Positions 8,314-15,790 of a DNA stretch of 17,069 nucleotides are shown one piece after another. This stretch comes from Candidatus Geocrenenecus arthurdayi (GTDB lineage Archaea > Thermoproteota > Nitrososphaeria_A > Caldarchaeales > Wolframiiraptoraceae): positions 1 through 17,069 of the forward strand of contig JAKCEX010000029.1 in the NCBI GenBank assembly GCA_023539395.1, in the 5' to 3' direction. The notes beneath the pieces were generated by a model, which made no database searches, was not told the origin of the DNA, and saw only the letters and a program-made list of their open reading frames with translations. Each line of letters opens with the position of its first letter. Positions within the stretch are counted from its first letter, which is position 1. A program made the translations under genes and the position numbers.

Positions 8314-8334
8314 GGTAGCTAGGGGTAGCAAGGA

Positions 8335-9552
8335 ATGGATAGATTAATTGTAGAAGTTGATGAGAATAGATGTAGGGATTGTGGATTCTGCATTCAAGTA
8401 AACATTTGTAGGAGTCCAGCTCAATGTATTGGATGTTTATCATGTTATTATGCATGTCCTTACGAAGCAAGAAGTAAGAAAATCAAAGAAATAAAAAGAG
8501 AGTATGCTGAGATCTGGGTAGATGGTATTAGGTATTCTGTACCTTATCCATCAACAATCAAAGAAGCATTAATGAATATAGGGGTAGCATTCCACCATCC
8601 AAGTACAGGAAGGATATCCGCTCCATGCAGTCTAGGTGGATGCTGGGCATGCAGTGTATTGGTAAATGGAGAATTAGAGAGAACATGTATAATGCCTGTA
8701 GAAGATGGTATGAAGATAGATTTAAACATAGAAGGTAAGGAGCCTTTGAGGATAATTCATGGTCCTGAACCTCATAGAGTCGGTGGGAAGGCAACTCCAT
8801 GGTGGGAGGTTGGATACGGATACGTTGAAGCAGCAATATGGACTGCTGGATGTAATCTAAGATGCCCGCAATGCCAGAATTATACTGTAACCTACGATAA
8901 TTCTACTGAGCCAGTTACCCCTCAGGAAGCAGCTAGAATGGTTACAGCATGTAGTAGGAAATATAATACTAGAGGAGTAGCTGTAAGTGGTGGTGAACCA
9001 ACTCTAAATAAAAAGTGGCTAATTAGATTCTTTAAAGAACTTAGAAGATTAAATCCTGGTAAGAGGCTTCACCTCGATAGTAATGGGACGATCTTGACAA
9101 GAGATTATGTTGATGAACTCGTTGAATCAGGATGTAATAATATAGGTGTTGAGCCTAAAGCATTCAGGGTAGAAACATATATGAAGATAACTGGATTAGA
9201 AGATTACGATATTGCAAAAACTTATCTTGAGAACTCATGGAATATCCTGAAGTATATTGTAGATGAATACAGTGGGAAAATCTACGTTGGAGCAGGCATA
9301 GCATACAATAAAGAATGGATGACATTTAAAGAACTGGCGGAAATAGGAGATAAGATAGCCTCGATAGACCCAAGCCTCCAAGTAACTGTTCTAGATTATT
9401 TCCCATTTTTTAGAAGGAGATGGTTAAAGAGACCTACCGTGGATGAAATGCTGAAAGTGAAGAAGATACTTGAAGAAAGAGGACTAAAAACAGTAATAGT
9501 CCAAACAAGTATAGGGCACCTCGGACCCGCCGACATTAAGCCTAAACACTGA
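8335..9552 (+). CDS. Radical SAM enzyme (PflA/COG1180-like core) with N-terminal 4Fe-4S ferredoxin-like and 2Fe-2S (Fer2_4-like) modules
   Basis: Radical SAM cluster motif CNLRCPQCQN. SAM-binding block VAVSGGEPTL, then HLDSNGT. N-terminal Cys pattern CRDCGFC...C...CIGCLSCYYACP. A NuoG-type 2Fe-2S segment follows: IWVDGIRYSV...STIKEALMNIGV...CSLGGCWACSVLVNGELERTCIMPVEDGMKI. Confidence 0.85.
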   Translation: MDRLIVEVDENRCRDCGFCIQVNICRSPAQCIGCLSCYYACPYEARSKKIKEIKREYAEIWVDGIRYSVPYPSTIKEALMNIGVAFHHPSTGRISAPCSLGGCWACSVLVNGELERTCIMPVEDGMKIDLNIEGKEPLRIIHGPEPHRVGGKATPWWEVGYGYVEAAIWTAGCNLRCPQCQNYTVTYDNSTEPVTPQEAARMVTACSRKYNTRGVAVSGGEPTLNKKWLIRFFKELRRLNPGKRLHLDSNGTILTRDYVDELVESGCNNIGVEPKAFRVETYMKITGLEDYDIAKTYLENSWNILKYIVDEYSGKIYVGAGIAYNKEWMTFKELAEIGDKIASIDPSLQVTVLDYFPFFRRRWLKRPTVDEMLKVKKILEERGLKTVIVQTSIGHLGPADIKPKH

Positions 9553-9587
9553 CGCTTATAGATTGATGAGTTTAAATTTGTAGAATT

Positions 9588-10349
9588 TTACATTAGGTCA
9601 CCGCATTCACATAGTGCTTCATGTATTAGTGTGTAGAGGTCGTTCATCCCTTCTCCTGTTTTTGCTGAAGTCTTTACTATCCTCATAGTCTTTGAGAATT
9701 CACTTAGTAACTTGATGTATCTTGATGCTAAATCTGTAATTAGCCCTGCTTCCTCCCTAGTTATCTCATCTTCTAAACTTGATGTATTCTCCATGAATGC
9801 CTCTACTTTAGAGGTTTCAGGTATATCAGATTTATTGATTACAGATACTGTTGGTACTTTCAATCTTAGTCTTGTTATTAGTGGTAGGGTTAGAGAGATA
9901 GCTAGCCCACTAGAGCTTGAAGCTAGGGTTGGGTCGATAATGTATACAGAGACTGTTGGAGAGTATCCTGCAACGTCTTCTATCAATCTAGGACCCATAG
10001 GTCTAAAGAGGAAGAGCTCTATCTGTCCAGGCGTATCTATCAATGTGAAATCAGAGTTTAATGAATTTATCTTTCTAGATACTACGTGTATGTTCTCTTC
10101 AATTATCTCAGCTGCTCTAATCATTCCTCCATTCGGTCCTAATCCTTCCTCCATTAGCTTTTCAACAGTCACTATCTCTCTTACATCGTATGATGGGGTG
10201 TATGGGGTACTATAGACTCCGGGGTCCATGTTAACATATGAAACTTCTACGTTTAATTCTTTTTTTAACCATTCTCCGAAAGTATATGTTAAGCTGGTCT
10301 TCCCGCATCCTGCTGTTCCAAGGAATACGATTATCAATTTTCTTCCCAA
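9588..10349 (-). CDS. GPN-loop GTPase
   Basis: P-loop GTAGCGKTS, GPN motif LGPNGG, DTPGQIELF, NKSD. The start codon must be non-ATG: TTG at 10349 directly follows an in-frame stop, and the first in-frame ATG (residue 41) would delete the P-loop. Confidence 0.9.
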   Translation of the reverse strand: MGRKLIIVFLGTAGCGKTSLTYTFGEWLKKELNVEVSYVNMDPGVYSTPYTPSYDVREIVTVEKLMEEGLGPNGGMIRAAEIIEENIHVVSRKINSLNSDFTLIDTPGQIELFLFRPMGPRLIEDVAGYSPTVSVYIIDPTLASSSSGLAISLTLPLITRLRLKVPTVSVINKSDIPETSKVEAFMENTSSLEDEITREEAGLITDLASRYIKLLSEFSKTMRIVKTSAKTGEGMNDLYTLIHEALCECGDLM

Positions 10350-10370
10350 CTATTTAATTCATGATGTAGC

Positions 10371-10399
10371 ATTTAAGTAAAGATGTTTAATGTATTTAT
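10371..10399. promoter_or_regulatory. Two TATA-like boxes in the GPN GTPase / candidate sRNA spacer
   Basis: 'atttaagt' (10371-10378) lies about 26 nt from the minus-strand start at 10349. 'tatttat' (10393-10399) lies about 27 nt upstream of the candidate C box at 10423 on the plus strand. Confidence 0.35.
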
Positions 10400-10422
10400 G
10401 ATGATTGAGCTCAGCTTTGTGT

Positions 10423-10480
10423 GTGATGAATGCGGCCGTATCTGACCTATATCGGGATGAAGATAGCAGGGCTTATCTGA
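10423..10480 (+). ncRNA. Candidate box C/D sRNA (2'-O-methylation guide)
   Basis: Intergenic, with box order and spacing as expected for archaea. C box GUGAUGA (10423-10429). 12-nt guide AUGCGGCCGUAU. D' box CUGA (10442-10445). 11-nt spacer. C' box AUGAAGA (10457-10463, one mismatch). 13-nt guide UAGCAGGGCUUAU. D box CUGA (10477-10480). A TATA-like box lies about 27 nt upstream. No terminal stem is evident and no target was identified. Confidence 0.5.
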
Positions 10481-10522
10481 CAACTTGTCTTATCCTATAT
10501 CTATGATTTCATTTTATGAAAA

Positions 10523-11776
10523 TTATTCTCTTCTTAGTGCTTCTACTGGTGTATATTTTGCTGCTCTCCATGCAGGTATTATTCCTGCAAGTACTCCAAC
10601 TATGAAAGCTATACCTATAGCTGTAAATATAAGCTCAGGGGTTATCTTAGGTGTATATGCTATGTTTAATGCAGAGAAGCCCATCTCACCTCTTATACGA
10701 GATATTCCCTGTGCTGCATCGGATGGTCGTGCTAAGATGTATGCTCCAACTGCTCCTGCGACTGCACCTATTACTCCTCCTATTAAGCCTATCAATGCTG
10801 CTTCTGTCAGGAATGTTAATAGGACGTCTCTTGTCTTGAATCCCAATGCTTTAAGTAAACCTATCTCTCTTATCCTCTCTGTTACAGCTGTAAACATCGT
10901 TGCCATTATAGCGAGGAACGCGACGATTAATGACATTGAAGCCATAGATGCTAAGAATATTGTAAGCGTCCCAGTTATTATCCGGACTGTCTGGAGGACA
11001 GCTTTAGTTGAGATTATTATCACATCTCCACCATATTTTTCTTTCAGCTTATTCTCAATATAATCTATCAAGGATGGGTCTTCAGCTACAACGAATACTC
11101 CTGTATAGCTTCTACTTCCAATAAGCTTCCTCCCAACTTCTCTCGATACAAATATTAGCAGGTCTGGGTTATAGAAGAAGGATTGACCATAATAATCGAA
11201 GATGCCTTGAACGATTAGTGAGTGAGATTTTGCTTCTCCAGTAGGGCTATGCCGAATAATTGTTATCGCATCTCCAACATATATCTTGGGAAGGTCCTTA
11301 CTATCAGGTTCAGAGACTTTTGACCCTATCAATGCAACACTATCTCCTCCCAGAGGCATTACTCCATCTTTCAACCTTACACCTGGAAATATCTTATCAA
11401 TATCTCTGAAATCTAATGCGAGGACAGAGTATGTCTCCGCGGGGCTGAGTTCAACCGTCATACCTTTAGCCTTAGCCTGCCCTGCACTCATAGCATAGAA
11501 TGGTATAGCATACTTTACTCCCTGAATCCTTGAGATATCTTCAACCATCTTGTCAGTTATATCCAGACTACCCCTAGCACTCCTCCATATAAAGATCTTT
11601 TCTGCTCCAAAATTCTTTAGGCTATCGATTATAGATTCACTAATACCTTGTGTAGAAGCTATTACTGCAACATATACTGCTGGACCGACAACCATACCTA
11701 GTATTGTGAGTATTGTTCTGAGCCTTCTATCTCTTAGAGCTGAGAAAGCTAAGATGATAATGTCAAGTAATCTCAA
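10523..11776 (-). CDS. ABC transporter permease, FtsX/MacB fold
   Basis: 417 aa. N-terminal TM (RLRTILTILGMVVGPAVYVAVIA). An extracytoplasmic domain of about 230 aa. Then a three-TM FtsX domain (TERIREIGLLKALGFKTRDVLLTFLTEAALIGLIGGVIGAVAG...). The TTG start overlaps the upstream gene by 14 nt. The first in-frame ATG would truncate TM1. Confidence 0.9.
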   Translation of the reverse strand: MRLLDIIILAFSALRDRRLRTILTILGMVVGPAVYVAVIASTQGISESIIDSLKNFGAEKIFIWRSARGSLDITDKMVEDISRIQGVKYAIPFYAMSAGQAKAKGMTVELSPAETYSVLALDFRDIDKIFPGVRLKDGVMPLGGDSVALIGSKVSEPDSKDLPKIYVGDAITIIRHSPTGEAKSHSLIVQGIFDYYGQSFFYNPDLLIFVSREVGRKLIGSRSYTGVFVVAEDPSLIDYIENKLKEKYGGDVIIISTKAVLQTVRIITGTLTIFLASMASMSLIVAFLAIMATMFTAVTERIREIGLLKALGFKTRDVLLTFLTEAALIGLIGGVIGAVAGAVGAYILARPSDAAQGISRIRGEMGFSALNIAYTPKITPELIFTAIGIAFIVGVLAGIIPAWRAAKYTPVEALRRE

Positions 11777-13778
11777 TCTTCTTCCTCCTCCTAATAGTTA
11801 GGTACCCCAAGATAATAATTACCGCAGCTAAAACAATTATAATGAAGAATAACTGCTGAATAGTTAAACCGAATAACTGCTCACTAGACTTCAATGATTC
11901 AGAGATTTCCTGAGGCTTCTCTCCAACATTAACGTCTAAGAATCCTTGTGTTTCAATCTTATCACCATATGTATTCTCAGCTTCAGCTACTATTTTTAAT
12001 CTGTAGGTTCCAGGCTTAGCATCATCAGATACTCTAAATGATAGAGTGAATGAGGATGTAGAATATGGAGATACATCACCAATATAGTATGCTGAGTATA
12101 GAGTGGGGATTAATGGGTCTTCTAGAACTAGCTTAACATTTGTTAATCTAGCCGTTACCATTCCACTATTCAGAATCTCTCCGAGAACGTCTACAATTGA
12201 TCCAGGATAAACCTTGGATGAGCCTAGTTGGAGTTGTCTAAATGATAGTTTAATCAACCCCTTAACTATGAAGGGTACTGATAAGCTATCCATTCTAGGC
12301 TGACCATATGGGTCCCTATATGAAACTGTTAAGCTACCCTGATATACTGTTTCTTCAGCCCTCGGTGATACAAGTAATTCTAATGGAAACTTTACCTCTC
12401 CACCAGGCTTTATCTCTGGGAAATAGGCATTCTGCTCTCCACTAGAGATAACTATTGGGAGACCTTTCAGAGAGATTACTGCCTTAACCTCGGTTACAGG
12501 ACCATCATATAGATTCTTTAATACTATGTTTACCCTCGCAGTCCTGGAGGCAGTTAGAGGCTCACCTTCAACATACGATGTTAACCCTACTTCTGGTGTC
12601 CGACGTACATATACACCTATACCTCTTGTCTCAGTCTTAGGTATCCCCGAAGACTCTAGATAGCTTACTGTAAGAGTTAATGCATAAGATCCTTCTGGTA
12701 GAGTTGGTGGAGCAAATACCAATGGTTTAAAGATTATTGATTCACCTGGGTTGAGAATATCTACTTCTTTCGTAATCTCTGATAAGATTATTAGTCCCCC
12801 CTCTGCTATGACCCTAGATTTTATAGAGTATAGTGGTGCAGTACCTTTATTCTTGATTATTATCTCAGCATTCTTCAGGGAACCCGCAGAGATCAGCATT
12901 CCCTGTAAATCTATATCGAGGTCTCCGAATCCACTAATCTTTACGGGTACTTGAATTTCCTGCTCTACCTCAGTAAGCCATCTATCATAATATCTTAGAG
13001 ATAACTTGAGGATGTGCGTCCCGATAGGAGTATTCTCAGCAACATTTAAACCAAATCTTAAAGTGAATACTTGACCTCCCAAAACTTGTCCTGTATAGAA
13101 TTCCTCAACTATCCCCCCTCCCGTCAGGTTTGTAAAGTATTCTGAAAGATGAAGTACTGCTTTAACATTCGAAACTGAATAGTACCTTGGAACATGTAGT
13201 GTTAATCTAAGTATCTTTGCATAATCTCCTGGACCAGCATACGTAGGTGAACCATCTTGTGTAACCCATCCTGAATCAACTACTCTTATCTCAGGGTAAT
13301 CCCATACTCTCAAGGTAATGCTGCTCCAAGTTGAAAGTACTGGGTAGTCTGGGTCCCCGCAATCCATGTATTCAAAATACACGTTAACATCATAGTACCC
13401 AGGTTTAGCTTCAGGGATTACTGATACATCGAATTCTATGCTTCTTGCTTCTCCTACACGTATGTAGCCTTCATAATAGCTTGAGATCGTGGTTCTCCCA
13501 TTTTTATCTCTAAATGGATAGGGGATGCCTTTACCTTTCTCGAATATTATTGCTTTAAGACCGCATACCGTTGTATCTTCATTATTCTGTATAACCATTG
13601 TAAGCTTAGCATTCCTGTCTCCCGGCATTACCGCCCATTCTTCTCCCGCTCTCCCCCAATAATAATCGAGGATTTCTATACCCCTGCTAGCGTTTACCGT
13701 ATTGAAGGTTAAGGTTTGTAGGATGCCTATCGATGCGAGTACTATAATCATTAGGATCGATTGATATTTCATCTTCAC
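11763..13778 (-). CDS. Surface-anchored repeat protein: signal peptide, about five CARDB/COG1361-like beta-sandwich repeats, C-terminal TM anchor
   Basis: Signal-peptide-like N-terminus (MKMKYQSILMIIVLASIGILQTLTF). C-terminal TM plus basic stop-transfer (FFIIIVLAAVIIILGYLTIRRRKK). Recurrent repeat-end motif: AKPGYYDVNVYFEY / TPIGTHILKLSLRYY / LPEGSYALTLTVSY / VYQGSLTVSYRD / AKPGTYRLKIVAEA. Either the GTG start at 13778 (GTGA overlap with the ATPase stop) or the ATG at 13772 is possible. Confidence 0.7.
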   Translation of the reverse strand: MKMKYQSILMIIVLASIGILQTLTFNTVNASRGIEILDYYWGRAGEEWAVMPGDRNAKLTMVIQNNEDTTVCGLKAIIFEKGKGIPYPFRDKNGRTTISSYYEGYIRVGEARSIEFDVSVIPEAKPGYYDVNVYFEYMDCGDPDYPVLSTWSSITLRVWDYPEIRVVDSGWVTQDGSPTYAGPGDYAKILRLTLHVPRYYSVSNVKAVLHLSEYFTNLTGGGIVEEFYTGQVLGGQVFTLRFGLNVAENTPIGTHILKLSLRYYDRWLTEVEQEIQVPVKISGFGDLDIDLQGMLISAGSLKNAEIIIKNKGTAPLYSIKSRVIAEGGLIILSEITKEVDILNPGESIIFKPLVFAPPTLPEGSYALTLTVSYLESSGIPKTETRGIGVYVRRTPEVGLTSYVEGEPLTASRTARVNIVLKNLYDGPVTEVKAVISLKGLPIVISSGEQNAYFPEIKPGGEVKFPLELLVSPRAEETVYQGSLTVSYRDPYGQPRMDSLSVPFIVKGLIKLSFRQLQLGSSKVYPGSIVDVLGEILNSGMVTARLTNVKLVLEDPLIPTLYSAYYIGDVSPYSTSSFTLSFRVSDDAKPGTYRLKIVAEAENTYGDKIETQGFLDVNVGEKPQEISESLKSSEQLFGLTIQQLFFIIIVLAAVIIILGYLTIRRRKKIEIT

Positions 13779-14470
13779 GTATTCACCACCTCTCTCTCTA
13801 TCATACCATCCCTTAGATAGATTATTCTCCTAGCATAAGAAGCCATCTCCATATTATGTGTCACCATAACTATTGTTCTGCCCTTCTGGTTTAGTTTACT
13901 AAATAATTCTGCAATTAATTTAGCATTTGCTGAGTCGAGGTTTCCAGTCGGTTCATCCGCCAAGAGTATCTTAGGGTCGCTTACTAATGCTCTAGCAATA
14001 GCTACACGCTGCTGCTCCCCTCCGCTTAGCTGTGTAGGCTTATTGAGCGCTTTATCTCTAAGTCCTACTTCTTCAAGAGCACTTAACGCTTTTTTCCTCC
14101 TCACCTGCGCTGGGGTCCCTCTAACTATTAGTGGTAGCTCTACATTTCTCAATACAGATATTCTGGCTAGAAGGTTGTATGTCTGGAATATGAATCCTAT
14201 CTTCTTATTTCGAAGCTCTGCTAAACCATCATCAGACAGCTTGTTAATATCTATTCCATCTATTAAGACTCTACCCTCTGTTGGTCTATCCAAAGCTCCT
14301 ATCATATTAAGCAACGTTGATTTACCACTACCAGAGGGGCCAACAATAGCTACGAACTCTCCATCCATAATCTTTAATGTTATCCCTCTTAATGCTGGCG
14401 TAGCTATACCATCTGAGTAATATATTTTCTTTAAGTTTATCAATTCTATTACAGGCTTATCACTACTCAT
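13775..14470 (-). CDS. ABC transporter ATP-binding protein (MacB/LolD-type, COG1136-like)
   Basis: Walker A GPSGSGKST, Q-loop FIFQ, signature LSGGEQQRVAIARAL, Walker B ILLADEPTGNLD, H-loop VTHN. The ATG overlaps the TetR stop as ATGA (14467-14470). Confidence 0.95.
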   Translation of the reverse strand: MSSDKPVIELINLKKIYYSDGIATPALRGITLKIMDGEFVAIVGPSGSGKSTLLNMIGALDRPTEGRVLIDGIDINKLSDDGLAELRNKKIGFIFQTYNLLARISVLRNVELPLIVRGTPAQVRRKKALSALEEVGLRDKALNKPTQLSGGEQQRVAIARALVSDPKILLADEPTGNLDSANAKLIAELFSKLNQKGRTIVMVTHNMEMASYARRIIYLRDGMIEREVVNT

Positions 14471-15027
14471 GAGAACATCACCTTCACGATCTCATCTTTC
14501 AGTTCTTCTACAAACTTCTCCTCGAGAGGTTTAGGATAGAAGAAAGTATAATGTAGTAACCCATTTAAAATTATCATTAAAAGTGTAGCTCTAATCTGGT
14601 CTTTTACCACTCCAGCATTCTTCAATATACTTGAGATTTTATCTCTAATCTTCTCATATGATTCCTTGATAAACTCATACCTATTGTTTTCTGCTAGCTC
14701 CCTACAAATTTGAGAAATAAATTCTAGAGAGCCTAGCTTCTCTCGATTCATCCTAGCATACTGAATCGTTAAATCTACTAGTCTCCGAAGCTTCTCTCCA
14801 CTATCACTAACTGATGATAAAATCTCATCTACCCGCTGCTGAATAGTAGCTAGGATATCCTTCATAACGGCTTCTGCAAGATCGATCTTTGAATTAAAAT
14901 AGTAGAAGACAGCGCCTTTAGATACTCCAGCTCTTGATGCTACATCCTCAACGGAAGCTTTTAAGTAAGACTGCTCAGAGAACACCTGTATAGCAGCACT
15001 TATTATGGCTTTCCTTGTAAGGTGCAT
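14467..15027 (-). CDS. TetR/AcrR-family transcriptional regulator
   Basis: 186 aa. N-terminal HTH with the family signature SVEDVASRAGVSKGAVFYYFNSK, and a helical C-terminal ligand-domain-like region. It is the first gene of the ABC operon. Confidence 0.9.
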   Translation of the reverse strand: MHLTRKAIISAAIQVFSEQSYLKASVEDVASRAGVSKGAVFYYFNSKIDLAEAVMKDILATIQQRVDEILSSVSDSGEKLRRLVDLTIQYARMNREKLGSLEFISQICRELAENNRYEFIKESYEKIRDKISSILKNAGVVKDQIRATLLMIILNGLLHYTFFYPKPLEEKFVEELKDEIVKVMFS

Positions 15028-15054
15028 TCTCCTACATACTGACTGGTTAGTCGA

Positions 15055-15064
15055 ATTTATATAT
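15055..15064 (-). promoter_or_regulatory. TATA box candidate for the tetR-ABC operon
   Basis: The minus strand reads 'atatataaat', ending 27 nt upstream of the tetR ATG (15027). It is the only strong TATA-like element in the 155-nt spacer on that strand. Confidence 0.4.
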
Positions 15065-15182
15065 CTTACCTGATTAAGGATTCTGGAAATTAAAAAAGAT
15101 GATGTAAAAAGACTTAATACAGCCTTATCTGCAAAGCATTATTCTAGAAGGAGGCTACATTAATATTCTGAGGTTTGACCCC

Positions 15183-15764
15183 TTGAGTTTAGAGTTAGAG
15201 CGCCTACGGAAGATGGTTGAAGAATGTAGAAAGTGCCCATTATGGAAGAATAGGAATAAGCCAGTATTCGGTGAGGGACCACCAGATGCTAAGATAATGT
15301 TGATCGGTCTTGGCCCCGGGTATCATGAAGATAGAGAAGGGAGACCATTTGTAGGTGCAGCTGGAAAATTCCTCAATAAACTCCTTGATTCAGTAGGATT
15401 GAAGAGGGAGGAAGTCTACATAACGAATGTTGTTAAATGTTATCTTCCAGAGAATAAAGTTACAGATGAAGAAGTGAAAGCTTGTACACCATACCTGGAC
15501 AAACAGATAGAATTAGTAGACCCTGAAACCATCATTGCATTAGGGAATACAGCTGCAGAATACCTCTCAAAGAAGTATAGATTCCAGTTTACCTCTATGG
15601 AGAAGATGCATGGACAAGTACTAAGAATCCCAACTATATCGAGAGAAGTTAAGATTGTCTTAATGTATCATCCAGCAGCTGGATTAAGGAATCCACCGTT
15701 AAGGAGCGTTATCGAAGATGATTGGAGGAAGCTTTCCCTAATATGTCATAAAAATAATAAATAG
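15183..15764 (+). CDS. udg: Family 4 uracil-DNA glycosylase (Fe-S type)
   Basis: CRKCPL plus KCYLPENKVTDEEVKAC provide the four Cys ligands. Motif A: FGEGPPDAKIMLIGLGPGYHEDREGRPFVGAAGKFL. Motif B: MYHPAAGLRNP. The maximal ORF starts at TTG 15183, and its N-terminal helix aligns with other family-4 enzymes from memory. An ATG at 15213 is the alternative. Confidence 0.92.
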   Translation: MSLELERLRKMVEECRKCPLWKNRNKPVFGEGPPDAKIMLIGLGPGYHEDREGRPFVGAAGKFLNKLLDSVGLKREEVYITNVVKCYLPENKVTDEEVKACTPYLDKQIELVDPETIIALGNTAAEYLSKKYRFQFTSMEKMHGQVLRIPTISREVKIVLMYHPAAGLRNPPLRSVIEDDWRKLSLICHKNNK

Positions 15765-15790
15765 AATTGATAGAAGGTAGCTTGGGTTTT

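Noticed and set aside
8234-8836. Minus-strand ORFs 8234-8470, 8544-8729 and 8558-8836
   Set aside because: They are antisense to the Mth938 and radical SAM genes. They have a shadow-frame composition and no motifs.
9712-10215. 167-aa plus-strand ORF
   Set aside because: It is antisense to the GPN-loop GTPase, whose motifs are unambiguous. It is S/I/L-rich with no recognisable domain.
10398-10445. Alternative C/D sRNA parse using the upstream perfect AUGAUGA (10398-10404) as C box and CUGA 10442-10445 as D box
   Set aside because: The expected D' position 12 nt after that C box reads UUGU. Only 2 nt would separate it from the C' box. The parse starting at 10423 has canonical D' and D boxes. 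The upstream AUGAUGA overlaps the likely TATA box. It is kept only as an alternative in the finding.
10485-11063. 192-aa plus-strand ORF
   Set aside because: It lies entirely antisense to the well-supported FtsX permease. Its composition is low-complexity (A/I/P/S-rich) with no motifs, which is typical of a shadow ORF.
15038-15054. GACT-N4-AGTC palindrome between the TATA box and the tetR start, considered as a TetR operator
   Set aside because: The arms are only 4 bp and do not extend, which is too weak to call from sequence alone. It remains a sensible probe region for EMSA.
15097-15171. C-box-like AGAUGAUGU and a distal CUGA in the tetR/UDG spacer
   Set aside because: The boxes are 62 nt apart with no C'/D' pair in between, and the C-like box has a mismatch in its final position. 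The spacing is incompatible with an archaeal C/D sRNA.
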